Assembly (NCBI GenBank): GCA_951804945.1
Contig: OX638158.1
Span: 44,888,001 to 44,952,000, forward strand
Length of the DNA: 64,000 nt
Source: Podarcis cretensis
Lineage: Eukaryota
Direction: 5' to 3'
Under the pieces are notes generated by a model. The model did not search any database and was not told the origin of the DNA. It saw only the letters and a list, made by a program, of their open reading frames with translations. Made by a program: the position numbers and the translations under genes. This document shows, piece after piece, positions 24,768-38,876 of the stretch. The stretch's first letter is position 1. Every line of letters starts with the position of its first letter.

Positions 24768-25318
24768 CAGAGGTCGGCAACCTAAGGCCCATGGCCGGTT
24801 CCAAGGACCGGCATGGGGATTCCGTAGGTTTTTTCCTGCAGCGTGGGTGCCATTCCCCCCCCCTCTCCTTCACTGCAGCAGAACCTCTTCCCTCCTCCTG
24901 GTGCAGCAAATTGCTGGCCAATTGCCTGCTAAGGTTTGAAGGCCCTGGCCAATGGCTGCACGTGGCTGAGAGGAGGAAGGGGACTGGGCTGAGCTTGCCG
25001 AGCGCATTTCCAGCAGCCCCTTGTCAGAGCAAGCTGTTTGCCACTGCCGCTCTGCCAAGCGTGGCTCCTGTGCCTGCCCTTGTGAGTGGCAGAGGCTGGC
25101 GGCAGCAGAGGAGGAACGAACAGCCCAAAAGCAGCCCTTTCGGGCTGCTTGTTCCTTTGCCGCTGCCACCAGCCTCTGCCTCTCAGCAGCACCCTAAGTA
25201 GGGGGTGGGAGGGGCTGGGGAAGAGAGGGGGGAAGAGAGATAAGCCCCCTCTTCCTTATGCCAGGAGGTTTGTGGTGTGGTGAACCGGCCCACCCCCCAA
25301 AAAGCTTGCCAACCCCTG
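24768..25318. mobile_element. GC-rich non-autonomous hAT (Charlie-like) element
   Basis: TIRs CAGAGGTCGGCAA / TTGCCAACCCCTG; internal inverted repeats at 25088-25180; TSD only partly matching (GACTAAAG / GACTTTGG). Confidence 0.7.
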
Positions 25319-25805
25319 GACTTTGGGCGAAAGGACTTTGGGCCAAAGAGCAGTATCTTTGTTTGTTCATGTCATAAAATTTATATACCGCTTCATTGTA
25401 GGGGGGACACACACTCTCAAAATGCTTTACAAAATTCATAAATAAATAATTTAAAAAGTGAACCAAGGAGCTCTTTTCCCATTCCTTGCTGTAGGCTGGG
25501 AAACATAGGATTTCTTAAGTTCTGGTGGCTATAAATATGCAGCACAGAAGTGATGCTCTACAATTGCATAGGAAATCTAGAAATGGAACCATATGTTTTG
25601 AGGCAAATACCAGGTCCCCAGCCTTAAATTTAACTTGTAATGCTGATGGGGAAGTGCCATTTGCAGGAGATAATTAGCAGGAGGAAGGTCATACTGTATT
25701 TTACTTTAATACAACAGCAGCAGCAACCCAGCTTAGCTTCAAGACTGTAAAATTAAAAATCCCACTTACTGATTCTCCCCTATAAATGATCCAGTCTGTC
25801 TACGT

Positions 25806-26186
25806 CAGGGGTGGCCAGCTCCTAAGAGACTGTGATCTACTCACAGAATTAACAACTGGCAGTTATCTACCCCTTTTTGTCTACCCCCTTTTATGGGGTT
25901 CAGGTCAAAGTTGTTTAGCTTTTTTTAGGGAGGAAGGATGCCCCAATTTTTGAGAATTCAAGCCTAAACTCAAGGGAGAAAGGGGAACGCCACTCACCAA
26001 CAGATCGCTGGGGAAACAAACAGCCTCACTGAGTAAACTCCGTCTTCCATTCTGCAGATCGTGCAACAATGGAGGTCGGACCGTATTTTACATACGCTAA
26101 GGAAAGGGACCCCGTGATAACTGCAATCTACCAAAAGTTCCTGGGGATCTACCAGTAGATCGCGATTGACCTGTTGGACATCCCTG
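25806..26186. mobile_element. Non-autonomous hAT element
   Basis: TIRs CAGGGGTGGCCA / TGGACATCCCTG; TSD RTCTACGT at 25798-25805 and 26187-26194; GATCTAC subterminal repeats. Confidence 0.8.
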
Positions 26187-28589
26187 ATCTACGTCATACT
26201 ACCCTGGCAAGCACAGGTTTGGGGACAAATACTTGCCAGTGTAAAATGTAGCTCTGACCCAAGACATAGAAATTTAATTTAGTACAATGAATTTTTGATC
26301 ATTAGAATAGCTAGCTAAGAGGAATCTGATTAATTCTACTGTTGGGAAATGTTCTCAACAGGAGAAATAACCACCTCAGATGATTGGCTCTTTGTGACTA
26401 AAAGATGAATATGCGGCCATATTATTCACACACGCCCTGCCCTCCCTGCCAAATGCAAAGGATAACGATGAGCCAAGTGGGATTAACAGAAAAGAAACAA
26501 TGCTATTAAATTTACTGAGAGGTCAGTGACTTTGGATTATTAGGAAGGACTGAAAGAGCTAAGTAGTCAGTATATTAAAATACAAAGCAGTAAAGGAGAA
26601 GACATGATCGTGTATCGGTATGGCTGGCTTTTTACTATAGCTGCAATTCAGAACATGGTTATGTGCTTAAACTTCATTGATTATACTGGACTGCAGTCCA
26701 TCTTTTATTGCCACTTTAAGATGAACTGCAATGTAACAGATTTTAAATTGCATCCAGTTATATAATAAAATACATAATACTGTCATAAATTTCCATTAAG
26801 GTAAAATTTACTTTTTGAAAAAAGATGTTTTAAGTGATATTGGAGTTAAAAATATGTCTGCAATAATTTCTGTACTTCAGTATACCATCGTATATCTTAC
26901 TAAAGGCACTGGCTGTTGAATATGCTAGCATTGGTGAGTTTTCTGACAGATAGCCATCACACAGAGATTTTCTTTTCTTCTTTTACTCTACATAGTAATA
27001 TTATATTACTATATAATGTAGGGTGCAATCATATACATAAAATCTACTGGATGAAGGGCTGTAGCATTTGGCAGCAGCTCTTCTGTACCAGTGGGATTTG
27101 AGAATAGCTACAGGCATTGTAGACGCTGGCAGAACTTCTCAGATATGCCAGAAGAATGACAGAAGTGGAGAGGAATTTGTTGGCATGATGCCGCTGTCAG
27201 AGGAAAATCATGGAATGACAGTGCAACTTAAAGGCAGTAGATACACTCCCTGATGTAACCCAGCATTAATTACCTACTGAACCCACATTGAACACAAACC
27301 CACCAAGTTACATGTTATTGGCTATGATGGGCGAAAGCCAAGACTACATGCGGTTGAAACGTATTTTCCACATCCTCAAGCAACAACAATTGAAACTGAT
27401 CCCACAAAGTCTGACTTGCCGCTGCTCTGAACAACTCCACAGGGATCGTATCAAGAAGAGAATCCCATTCCAAGCAAATACAAGTGACTTTATTCTCAAC
27501 GTACTTTACAAACTTAGAACAGCAGGCTTCCAAAGATGCCATTCCCCTCTCCTCTGGGCTAGTTCTCAAGAAAGACTTCATCACTTGGGACAGTTTGGCT
27601 GGGCGGTTCCTTGGGAATGCAATGGAGGCAGCAAAATAGGATTTATTTTCTCTCATCACCACCACATTATGTCCTCTCACTTTTGTCTGGTTGCATTCAT
27701 TGTGGTACTTGCCTTGCTTAAGCTATATCTCTCTACTGGGTTGATTTGTTGTCTTTTAACTCCCCACAAAACGAAGGGGGATCACAGTCTTTACCACACC
27801 TGAGAGAGCACTTAGGAGTGACTGTATTGAAAGCCTGTTCCATCTAGGGGCAGGCCATCTTAAGAGGCTCCCAGCACTGCAGGAGAGAACTGTTCTTGGC
27901 AGTCCAAATCTTACCTGGAAGTAGTCTGACTATGACAACTGAGTTATTCAACCTCCCCCAATTCCATCCACTCTTCATCTGCCCTGTGGCAAAGCCCAGT
28001 TCAACGTCCCAGGTTAGCGATGTGTTGAGACAGCATCATGGTTTTGTCATGGTGGCCATGAAATCCCAAGCTGTACTACTATGGCAGCCCAGCAGGTCCC
28101 CCATAACACCACCCTATCTGTGCCAGCTTGAATAGAAAGGGTGCTTGGCTGGGCAGCAGGGAGGGTGGTACATGAACATTATTTCTACTCCACCTCTCTG
28201 ACCAAACTTCAGATACAATCCCTTAAATCTAAATCCCAAGTGGTTAGGTTTCCTGGTGATGGTGATTTATTCATCAAAGATGATGGTGACCCCTCCACCC
28301 CTCTAGGCTGGTGATGGACAAGAACCCCACCAAGTACCTAGCTGGACTGACCTGGTTGTCACCAACCTAGAAGCACCACTAGCCTGGAAGGCTGGTTGAA
28401 AGGACAACATAAATCTTGTTGGCTGGGAACCCAGAAGAGGGATAGCTCTTACTTACTTACCCTTGTTCTCCTTTCCTGTAACACTCTTGGCCCAAAACAA
28501 CAGAGAGCAGTGCTCCTCACACAAAGGGGAGGCACTCATTCCTGCACAAAGGTAAGTTGTCTATTGGCAAAGGTCAAGCACTTCACAGG

Positions 28590-28790
28590 GCTATCAATGG
28601 TTACTAGCCATGATGGTTGTACTCTACGTCCACAGTTGGAGGAAGCAATGCTTTGGAAGACCAAAATGTTCTTGTGCTCAAATCCTACTCGCGGGTTTCC
28701 CATAGGCATCTGGTTGGCCACTGTGAGAACAAGATGCAGAACTAGAAGGGCCATTGGCCTGGTTCAGAAGGCTCTTCTTGCCTTCTTATA
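28590..28790 (+). mobile_element. 3' tail of the same old CR1-type family
   Basis: GGCATCTGGTTGGCCACTGTGAGAACAAGATGC...GGGCCATTGGCCTG...TTCTTAT; shared with 598-676 and 10690-10760. Confidence 0.65.
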
Positions 28791-31700
28791 TTGATGTAAA
28801 ATGAAAACCCATACTAGGAATTGTTACTTAAATGGCCAATATTGTGATGTCTTTCTATACAACCATGGTGCTGCTGCATTAAGATTACTGTGTACAATTC
28901 TAGTTGCCAAACTCTTTTTTTTTTTTTTTTTTAAAAAGGATTATAGAACTGGAAATTTATGGGGGAAAGGTGGTCAAAAGGGTTAGCGTTTCAGCTGTTT
29001 AGTTTAGAATGAAGGATGACTGGGTTTGTGTGTAGGAGGAGAATAGGACGTGCTATAAATGTTTATTAAACAATGCATGGTGTGGGGAAAGTGAATATAA
29101 ATAAATGTGTCTTCCTGCCTCATTATGTCAGAATTCAAGGTCATATAACAAATTTGATTAGCATGAGATTCAGGACAAACAAAGCCCTTCTTCATACAAC
29201 ACATAATTAACTTATAGAATATACTGCCAGAAAAAGTGGCGATAGTGACTGGCTTAGACGGCTTCAAGAGGGGATTATGCAACTAGGATTAATGCCTGTA
29301 ACTGACAATTGACGTTGCGTCTGTTATTTGTGTTTTCTTAAAATTCTGTATAATTCAAAATCTACTGACTACATCAAAAAGAGGGGCAATTGGAGACATC
29401 CAGTAGTGGCTGGGACAGAGACACATTCCCAACACCAGCATCACTGCAGCTTACCTGGACACTGCTGGAATGGAGCAGGGTGATGGTAAAGTTGTGGCTG
29501 TGCAGATGCATTGGCAAGAGCAGCCGAGTGAATCCACCAATGGGCCTGTGAAGTCCCAACCTCCCCACCCTGCTCCAGTGCCATCTCTGCACTGCAGTGA
29601 CGGTGTTGGGAGGCCCCACCATACTGGCCACCACTGGACAAATCTCTGGTGGTTTTCAGGTGGCAAAATGGAAGCTCCAGTGCACCACTGAGCATTCAGA
29701 GCTCTGGCATTTATGGTCTGCTTGTGAGCTTCCCAGAAGCAAGCATCTGCTGCAGCACTGGGGAACCTGTGCTTCAGCAGATTGTGTTGGACTCTTAACT
29801 CCCATCAATCCCAGACAGCATGGCCAATGTTCAGGGATGATTGGATTTGTAGGCCAGAAACACCTGGAGGGCCTCAGGTTGTTCAGTCCTCCTCTCATGG
29901 AATCAGAATTCTGAGTGATGGATTTTTGGTCTGAACTGAAGGATAACTATATAGCAAATATTAGTTTTTCACTGACTGTTCATCACCTATTCTGGCTTGT
30001 TGTACATCAAGAAAGGAAACTTGCCTCCTGGAGGTACATGATAGTACTAACGACTAAAAGTTTATGTCATTGGACAGTTCTGTCTTCAGAGTTGTGAAAC
30101 ACTCAGCATACTATTCTAGGAATTTGAACTGCGGCTGATCGTGGGGCAATTAATTTTAATTGCTATAACAATTTGCCCGTATACTTGAATATTGCTTAAG
30201 TTATATGAACAGCTGCTATAAACTATTAAAGAAACATGAACGCTACTGCCTTTCAGTTAAATGGTAGGCTGAATTCTTGAAAACAAAACCATGCAACTAG
30301 GAAAACAGAAACAAGCAGAAGCAACTGCCGAAGAATTGCTGTAAAGCAATTAATGCACGTCTCTTGGTGGTTCCTCTTTCCTTCACCTACTCTTTAAAGA
30401 TTAATTAACCCCTGCCAATAATTTAAGCTTATTACAGAAATGTTTTTCAGTTTAAAAAGCAATGCACCAATCCTAAAGAATAATGGGAAACTGTTATTTG
30501 CATTAGAACACGGCTGCTATAATTGATCAGCGCTTCTGCACTAAAGCATAAACATTATGGCTTGGATCCAGACTTTGCACCTGTGGGTGGTGCTATCGCT
30601 TGAATGGAAGGATCTCAGGGAACTTCCCACTGGGAGAGGGGGAAACGTGGCTCTTGCCAATTTCTACTTCCACTCCAACCACTGCCTCCTACACTGTTCC
30701 AGAGATGTAGGTCCCTTCTGGAACTATGTGGGAGGTAGCATTAGGGCTTCCAGGGAGATGGAAGATCAGCTGAAGTTGTGTCTCCCCCTCTGTCAGTAGG
30801 ATCCCTCTGCTGGATCAAAAGACTTTCCATTCACAGAAGATGACATCGGGATGCAAACCAATGGTGGTTTGCTTTAATTCAGCTACAGTTGAAAGAAACT
30901 CACAGGTCCTTGCATGTACATATTAGTGCTCTGCTTAAAAATCCTCCTGACCATCCATTTATAAAGAAAAGAATTCTATTTGAAAAATTATTACAATTAT
31001 TAAAATATCATGGGTTGCAAGGTTTTTGCTTTGCTTACCTTGCTTTCAAAGTAACCAAGAGATGTTAGAGTGTCTCTGCAAAAGAGGCACTTAGCCATTT
31101 CAATAGAGTTTGGATTACCATTGCAACATGGGTGGCGATGGGCATCTGCAATTTGCCCAGAAGGTTGCTTGCATGCCAGAATCTTTCTTGCCAAAGTGGG
31201 GTTGGTTTTCTCTTTCAAGTCATTACTGTCTTCATATTTTTCCAATATTACTTTGCTTTTCATTGAAGCTATTCTATTTTCCACTCCCCCCCCCATATTC
31301 TTTCCTACTTCAAAGACCATTTTCTTCCGCATTTTCTGCTTATTAGAGCATGTAGCCAAATTACTGATTACTGTTTATTATAAGCACTTCAATGAATATG
31401 ACTACTCAAGAGTCAATGGCATAAAATTCTGGGATAAACAGAAAAATCTAGGATGCACAGAAAGAGAGGGTTATAATTAATACAATTTCCTTGTTTAAAT
31501 CAATAATAGCTGCACCCTTTAAAAAGAGCTTTAACAAATATGAAGGCAAACTACATTGGGGTCTTTGGTCTGTTTAAAATTCCATACTTCAAGGGAAGCC
31601 ATGTCAAATTAAAGAGATAGACAAAGGAAAGTTTGGGGCTGTGTTTGCATGTTTATTATTTTTCATCATCAAGATTAAAGATAAATAAAACTAGAGTTCA

Positions 31701-34700
31701 GGAACTGTCAAAAACTCATGCTATTATTTCTTTTTCATCATGGTGGAACACTCACTTAAGATCATTAACAGGAGAATTACTAGACATTTGAACCTTGTCA
31801 TTAAACTTGTTTTTAAAACAGAAGGAATGGTCAAATTCTTGCTGGGGGGAAATTCATGTTATCCTGAAACAGGAACAGAATGTGAAAGCATTCAGCTAGA
31901 CATCTGTGGGCTTTGCTGATGTTAACTATTATTGAAACTATGGACTGCTTCAAAATTCTGAAGCTCTGTAAAATGGAGCAACCATGTGGACTCAATGACA
32001 TGGAAAAGCACCTGACAAAACACAATTACATATACAGGTGCTGTTCCCCAGTAGTCACTTGTACTACTGAGGTGGCTAAAAAAGGGCTTTTGTGCTCACA
32101 TGGCAATAAAAGGAGCCTGCATTCTTGGAAATGCTGGGACAGATGCTACTTTCTCCATATCACTGCCGCCATGGATCGCTTTGCATGGAGAAATTCTAGA
32201 TGTCCGAATCAGCAAATTACTGACATGGAAAAGGAGAAAGATAAACAAGTAATACTGAAACTAGATGTTATAGAGGATGTTTGGTTCCTGCTGAAAGCAG
32301 CATCCCTATGTCTCATCTCTGTCTTTATAATGTCGAGAAATGCGGAACATGTTGTGATGTCACATGTTCCAAGTTTCTTTGAACACATTGCACTTCAGTG
32401 GTTGCCATTTGCAGAGGCTGGGGAGCTGAATGTGGTATCAAATTGTAGTACTTGCCATTACAAGAGACAGGAGGACATATGATGCATTCACTCACTTTCA
32501 GCCCATGGATCTAATGAGGCTTGTTGTGGGTCCCAATTTGGCCTGTGAGTCAGTTTTCCCCAAACCACACCCGCCTGCCTCACATCTGACACCATGTGTA
32601 AGGATGTTGCTACCAATCAAGAGCTTAAAGCGAGCTCCCAATTGTTCCTTTCCAGGGCTGCTGGAATCATATGTACTCAAGAATTCCCCACCAGGAGCTC
32701 CCACATGCAGCTATGGAGGCTCACCGCCAGCGCTAATAAGCTGACTGGCCTCCTTTAAGGTGTGCTTTCAGTAACTATCAGCTGTTTGCTGCTGAAAGTA
32801 CATCATCAAAGGGGCTCACTGTTAAATCCTGCTTTGTCTGTTTGCAGGTATGGTTAGAGTCAAGCAAGCAAACAGCCATTTTTCTTCTGTCAAAGGCCTG
32901 TGGGGACAGGGGCAAGTTGGGATCTGGCCTAGTGGCTGGACCAAATTCCCAGTTTATAAATAAACTGATTCTATATCTGCTTTCCAACAATAGTATAAGT
33001 CAAATCACTGGGAGCATTCTCAGCAGCATAGCTCTTTATTTTTCTAAATCTCCAAACAACTATTTTTTTATTCTCTCATAGATTTTTTTTTTTAATTATT
33101 TGGATTCTGGCTGAAAACCAAAACCATGGCGAACTATTCAAATTATTTATTGCAGTGACACATATATAATTTTGGAAAGCATTGTATCTTGGCTTGGCAG
33201 GTATAATCTTGAAAGGTATAACCAAGAAGTTACCTCTTGGGGACACCCAGCTCCTATGAAGACTCCTTTGACATTATATTTCTCAATGTGCATTTTGAAT
33301 ATTATTTAAGGAAGTGGCTGAAAATGATCTCAAGACGTGCATTTTTGTAATGTTTAACTGTCAGGAGTTTCTACCACACAGTTTAGGATGATTGTTGAAA
33401 ACAGGATTTCACAGGTGTAGCTATAACAGTATGGCTGAAACAATGCAGGTACCTATTCAGACAAGTAGCTGATGATGTTGAGATGTACCAACACAGTTTG
33501 AGAATGTGATACAAGCAACACCCAGCATAATTTGTAAACTACATATTTGAAGCTAGGTTAGTCCACCTCTTTCTGTTCTTAAGACAATTTGGCTGCCATA
33601 TCAAGGAGAGAGAAAGAGCCTACATACTCCCACTGCTGCCAAAACTAGAGCAGAGAAATGCAAAACTGGATGGTTTCAAAGACCTTTTAAAAAATCTACA
33701 ATATGCTTTCTTAAAACACATTAAGCTTAGTATATTTATTTTATCCCATCAAAAGAACAGGAAGCCTTATTCTGTCAACAGTACACTTATACCTCATTAA
33801 AAGGGATAGTTCTCCTTGTAAATGCTGCTCCTCTTGAAGAAGAGCTACAGAATGGATCCCTTGGGTAACCATAAAGAATTTACAAGGAATTATATCTATG
33901 ATTCACTACAGCAGAGTCAACAAAAGTGAACAGTATTGAGGGGGGAAATAACACACAAAGTATACTAGTTTGTACTATGAAGGCTTTCAGTAGTTATATA
34001 GGACGTACAGACTCTTAAATACTGACTAGATATCACTCCCTAATGTTAGAGAGATTTAAGTTACAGTCCTAGACAGGGGAGAACCAGAGGTGTAGCTGGA
34101 GAGGTTTTGAAAGTTTTTATTGCAGATGATTATCACTAATGGTGGAGAAATTCAGAAATTGCAGGGGAGGTTCTCAGTATGCCTAGAATGAGGACTGTAA
34201 CCAAAATAGATGGGACTAGGAAAACAATAAGTGTTACTGAGGCAGATACGTGCTGCCTGAATTCGGAATAACTATGAAGTGCCTGTAATGTCCAGAGTTG
34301 AATTTACATTGACACCTGTGCACTTTCTTCTGCCCTCAATCATGACACCTCATGGCACCCCATTACCTAGGCCAGGTCCATGAACACCAATATCATAATT
34401 GGAAGCTGCTCAGCCCAGAGCACCAAAGCGTTGGAAATTCTGGGGTGACTTGCTCCTGACTTACATGTCCTTGGGTTTCATTGTTACTGCAAAAGGTCTC
34501 TAAGTGCAGAATTGATAATTCAAGTAAGAAGATGTGGTGGGAAGGAGTTCTCTTAAGTTGAGGCCTGCCCTCTTCTTCCTGCATGACCACTTGGAAAGCG
34601 ATAGACCTCTGTAGATGCCATAAACTCTTCTCATAGGGAAGGAAAGCTCTCTCTTTCTCATTAACCCCAGTCATAGGAGAAGGAAGTATTATTTTGGTGG

Positions 34701-36408
34701 CAGCACAAAGCTGTAATGGGGGATGATGTCTATATGCTTTGTGGATCAGCGACCCTCACTGGAGCCTCACCAGCTCCTAGCACCGGGAAGAAGTACAGGA
34801 TTCTCTCTCATCTCTCCCCCTTCCCCCATTTTTATGTCTCCAATCCTAAATCCTTTCTATGATAAGCGGGTGGAGGGAAGAAATAAAACTAGCTTGAAAG
34901 GCCTGCTGGAGTGAGCACTCCAGGGAAATCTACATAAACACTGCTTTCTGTCCAAAAGATGGGCTTGTCTGGGAGGATGGGAAGTCAGAAGAATTATGCT
35001 ATCTTCCAACAAGGGTATGGTGCCTTGGACACCACAGAGAGAAGGAATTTCGAGATATGTGGGTTAGAAATTGCTAGTAACAAACTTGAAAGAAAGACAC
35101 TCTAAAAGTGCTATCTTACTCTGCACAGATCAATAATTCGATTCATGGTTAGTGTTGGCAGTGTGTGAACTGCACAAAGATTGTGCTTTTTTGGACTTGA
35201 TTTTTTTAAAAGTTTTTTTTAGTACCTAGAATGTACTAAATGTACGTAGAACAAATTATACTATTCCCGAGTAATCCCTTAATATTTCTTTTGAATTACT
35301 TACATGGCTGTGTGGACAATAAAGACGTGGAAATGGTTACTAAAATACGGACCACAGCTAAAATCGTATTTGCATTGTACTGCAAAAATCGATTACCCTG
35401 CCACTGTTGGACTTAAAAATATTGGGCTTGGCAGCTTATGTTCAAGCTAACAAAGTATGTGTGGGCTTGAGAAAATCATTATCTTGAGAATGAGTATGTG
35501 CAGAAATGGGCAACATTCCCTGTATTTTAGAAATATAGGTTCCAAAGTAACATTAGACTCCACTCATTATTTACAATGATTTGAACATTCTTCTCAGAGT
35601 TATGGAGACTGGTGATTAATGCACAATGTTATTTAATTTTCATTTTTCGTATGTAACTTTGTATGATAAACTACTGAAAGCACATGTCTACTGAATGATA
35701 TGCATGTGGCTATCATGAATGTTTCATGTCTGTAGCAGTTTCTAATCTTTATAAAAGTGATAAAAATAAAGCATATACATGATTTCAAATATTTTGAAGT
35801 AAAGCATGTTTCATCTATTTTTCATGGTGAAAGAGCTTTTTATCTATTAATGAAACTGAGCTCAACAGTCAATCAAATGAGAAACAAAGGAGAGAGAGAA
35901 AATGAACCAGGACCAAATACTGAGGATGACATTGGCATTGCTAAGTTTAATTGGGACATTTTCTACCATGTAGAAATCTTCATAATCATAGATAAGCTAT
36001 GAGATAACCAAACCTGCCCTTGTGAAGACTAATCTACCAAATATCTACCTCCCACATTCTTATTTTTGCATTTCATTAATGAGGTGCGGTGACAGCTGAC
36101 TGAAGTGACACTGCCACATAAATCAAATCAGAGGATTGCCACTACTTAGCCAGCACTACCAGATCATCTAGCAGCAGGCAGGGATGGGGGAAAAACATTA
36201 TTTCTGAATTATTGTGGGCTTTAACACTGTTTTATTATCTTCGTTATATTCTACATTTGGTTTCTGTGCACTGCTCTGTTATTCTCTGACTAAAACACTT
36301 TATAAATGCTAAAATAAAATAAAACAGGAGAAACTCATGGTTTTATTACAAATGAATTAGCAAGGTGCTCACCAAGTAATGGAAATGTACATGGAAACAC
36401 ATCCTATA

Positions 36409-36550
36409 GGTTTTGCATGCACAAGGTCCCAGATGGAAACTCAACATCTCTCAGTAGGGCTGAGGATGCTCCCTGTCAGAACCCTGAAAAGTCATGGCCA
36501 GTCAATATAGACAATGCGCTACATGGACATATGGTATGACTATGTTCCTA
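36409..36550 (+). mobile_element. Degenerate tRNA-derived squamate SINE (Squam3-like)
   Basis: TTTGCATGCACAAGGTCCCAG...ACCCTGAAAAG...GCCAGTCA...TATGTTCCTA; a similar fragment lies at 2160-2248. Confidence 0.5.
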
Positions 36551-36756
36551 GTGGTACCTATGTAATCAGGAGGTCTTTTTGCTTGAACTGAAAACCCTTC
36601 TCCTCCATTTTGGACCAAACATACCTTCTGCTCCAAAGTGGCAATTAACCCCAGCAGGGGAAGCGTCCGTTGCCCCTCTCCAATGCCCCACGTAGTCACA
36701 TCTCTTTCTGGATTAAGCCCACCCCTCCCTATTTTGCTCAACCTAGTATAAGGGGC

Positions 36757-37119
36757 GGGGACGCAGGTGGCGCTGTGGGTTAAAGCCTCAGCGCCTAGGA
36801 CTTGCCGATCGAAAGGTCGGCGGTTCGAATCCCTGCGGCGGGGTGCGCTCCCGCTGCTCGGTCCCAGCGCCTGCCAACCTAGCAGTTCGAAAGCACCTCC
36901 GGGTGCAAGTAGATAAATAGGGACCGCTTACCAGCGGGAAGGTAAACGGCGTTTCCGTGTGCGGCTCTGGCTCGCCAGAGCAGCGATGTCACGCTGGCCA
37001 CATGACCCGGAAGTGTCTCCAGACAGCGCTGGCCCCTGGCCTCTTAAGTGAGATGGGCGCACAACCCCAGAGTCTGTCAAGACTGGCCTGTACGGGCAGG
37101 GGTACCTTTACCTTTACCT
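36757..37119 (+). mobile_element. Sauria SINE, full length
   Basis: GGGACGCAGGTGGCGCTGTGG A box, GGTTCGAATCC B box, (ACCTTT)n tail; 13-bp TSD TAGTATAAGGGGC at 36744-36756 and 37120-37132. Confidence 0.93.
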
Positions 37120-37275
37120 TAGTATAAGGGGCACAGTTTACAGGCCATCTGTAGGCACAGGCTGTGCAGCTGTGATGTTACAGAAGCCTCCAAGTGCCAG
37201 GCTTCAGGGAATCCAACCCCGCTCCCTCACAGCAGGCTGCCAGTAATGGAAATACAAGAAGCTCTTACCAAGGTA

Positions 37276-37642
37276 AGGTAAAGGTAAAGGTACCCCTGCC
37301 CGTACGGGCCAGTCTTGACAGACTCTAGGGTTGTGCGCTCATCTCACTCTAGAGGCCGGGAGCCAGCGCTGTCCGCAGACACTTCCGGGTCACGTGGCCA
37401 GCGTGACAAAGCTGCTCTGGCGAACTGGCATCAGAGCAGCACACAGAAACGCCGTTTACCTTCCCGCTATAAAGCAGTACCTATTTATCTACTTGCACTT
37501 AAGGGTGCTTTCGAACTGCTAGGTGGGCAGGAGCTGGGACCGAACGACGGGAGCTCACCCTGCCGCGAGGATTCGAACCGGCGACCATGCGATCGGCAAG
37601 TCCTAGGCGCTGAGGTTTTACCCACAGCGCCACCTGCGTCCC
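37276..37642 (-). mobile_element. Sauria SINE, full length
   Basis: Reverse complement of the same family; 13-bp TSD TCTTACCAAGGTA at 37263-37275 and 37644-37656. Confidence 0.93.
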
Positions 37643-38389
37643 ATCTTACCAAGGTATTTTATTCAATATTCACAGAGAGAGACACAGGATGCTGTCTCTA
37701 GGATAATGGTGTTGATCCAAGTAATATCCTCCCCCACTTTACTCTCAGTCAACAGCAGCTCCACCCCTTATACAGTGGCTGCGTGAGGCCCTTTGTCTAT
37801 TCGCTTTCTGTTTTCCCACTTTCACTGCCTTCCTGGTCCTAAGAGAAGGGGGGTCAGGAATGCTTTCTAATGATAACGTGTCAGCCAGCTGTTCTGGCTC
37901 CCTCTTCTTCTTCTTCCATTATCTCCCAGCTTTGTCCTTCTGTCTCAGAGTCATGACCTTCTGCCAACCACCGTTGTAAATCTTTACTGTCCTCCTCCTC
38001 CATGGAAGGTTCAGAAGGAGGGGGGCGGCCTCCACCATTCTCCTCAGTCCAGTCTCTGAGACCAAATCACCGTTTATTGAAATGACCCATTCAACTATTG
38101 GAAGAGCTGCTGGGATACTGCAGGATGTTCTGAAACATCCATACATCTCAACAGTAAACAACCTACACAAGGAGCCTATCAACAGAACAGGGTTTGTGCG
38201 CTCTTGATAAAGTTGTAGAGCTTGGAGAGATGTTCAGGGCTCAGATTCTGCTTCTTGCACTTCCTTTGGTGGCTGACATCATTATTAGCTATGGAGAGGT
38301 CCTTTGCATTCACCCATTCATAAATTTGTAATGGCACATGTGTCAGAAGATACAGGGAGGTCATGAAGGTTGAATTTAGAGTAACTCGC

Positions 38390-38716
38390 AAGTGGTGCCT
38401 CGCAAGACGAAAAGAATCCATTCCGCGAGTCTCTTCGTCTAGCGGTTTTTTCGTCTTGCGAAGCAAGCCCATTGGCGGATTAGCGCTATTAGCGGTTTAG
38501 CGGCTTTTAGTGGCTTATCGGTTTAGCGGATAAGCGGCTTAGCGGCTTAGAAAAAGGGGGGGAAAGGGAAAAAAACCCACAAGAACTCGCAAGACATTTT
38601 CATCTTGCGAAGCAAGCCCATAGGAAATTCGTTTGCGAAGCACCTCCAAAACGGAAAACTCTTTCGTCTAGCGAGTTTTCCGTCTTGTGAGGCATTCGTC
38701 TTGTGGGGCACCACTG
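38390..38716. mobile_element. Tigger/pogo-like MITE with internal (TAGCGGYT)n repeats
   Basis: TIRs AGTGGTGCCTCGCAAGACGAA / TTCGTCTTGTGGGGCACCACTG-TA; left end disturbed. Confidence 0.8.
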
Positions 38717-38739
38717 TAGATGAAACCCTTCTGCTAATT

Positions 38740-38876
38740 CAGGCATAGGCAAACTCGGCCCTCCAGCTGTTTTGGGACTATAACTCCCACCATCCCTGAC
38801 CACTGGGTCCTGCTAGCTAGGGATGATGGGAGTTGTAGTCCCAAAACAGCTGGAGGGCCGAGTTTGCTTATGTCTG
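38740..38876. mobile_element. Palindromic hAT MITE (same family)
   Basis: TIR CAGGCATAGGCAAAC; 8-bp TSD TGCTAATT. Confidence 0.9.

Noticed and set aside
24634-25466. Cluster of overlapping ORFs
   Set aside because: GC-rich non-autonomous hAT element with few stop codons; no transposase motifs.
30240-30550. Possible conserved non-coding element (TAAT-rich, ATTTGCAT octamer at 30496)
   Set aside because: Such motifs are common by chance in AT-rich DNA, and conservation cannot be assessed here.
31913-32482. 189-aa plus-strand ORF (also 27288..27803, 171 aa)
   Set aside because: No recognisable domain or splice structure and random-looking composition; consistent with chance intronic ORFs.
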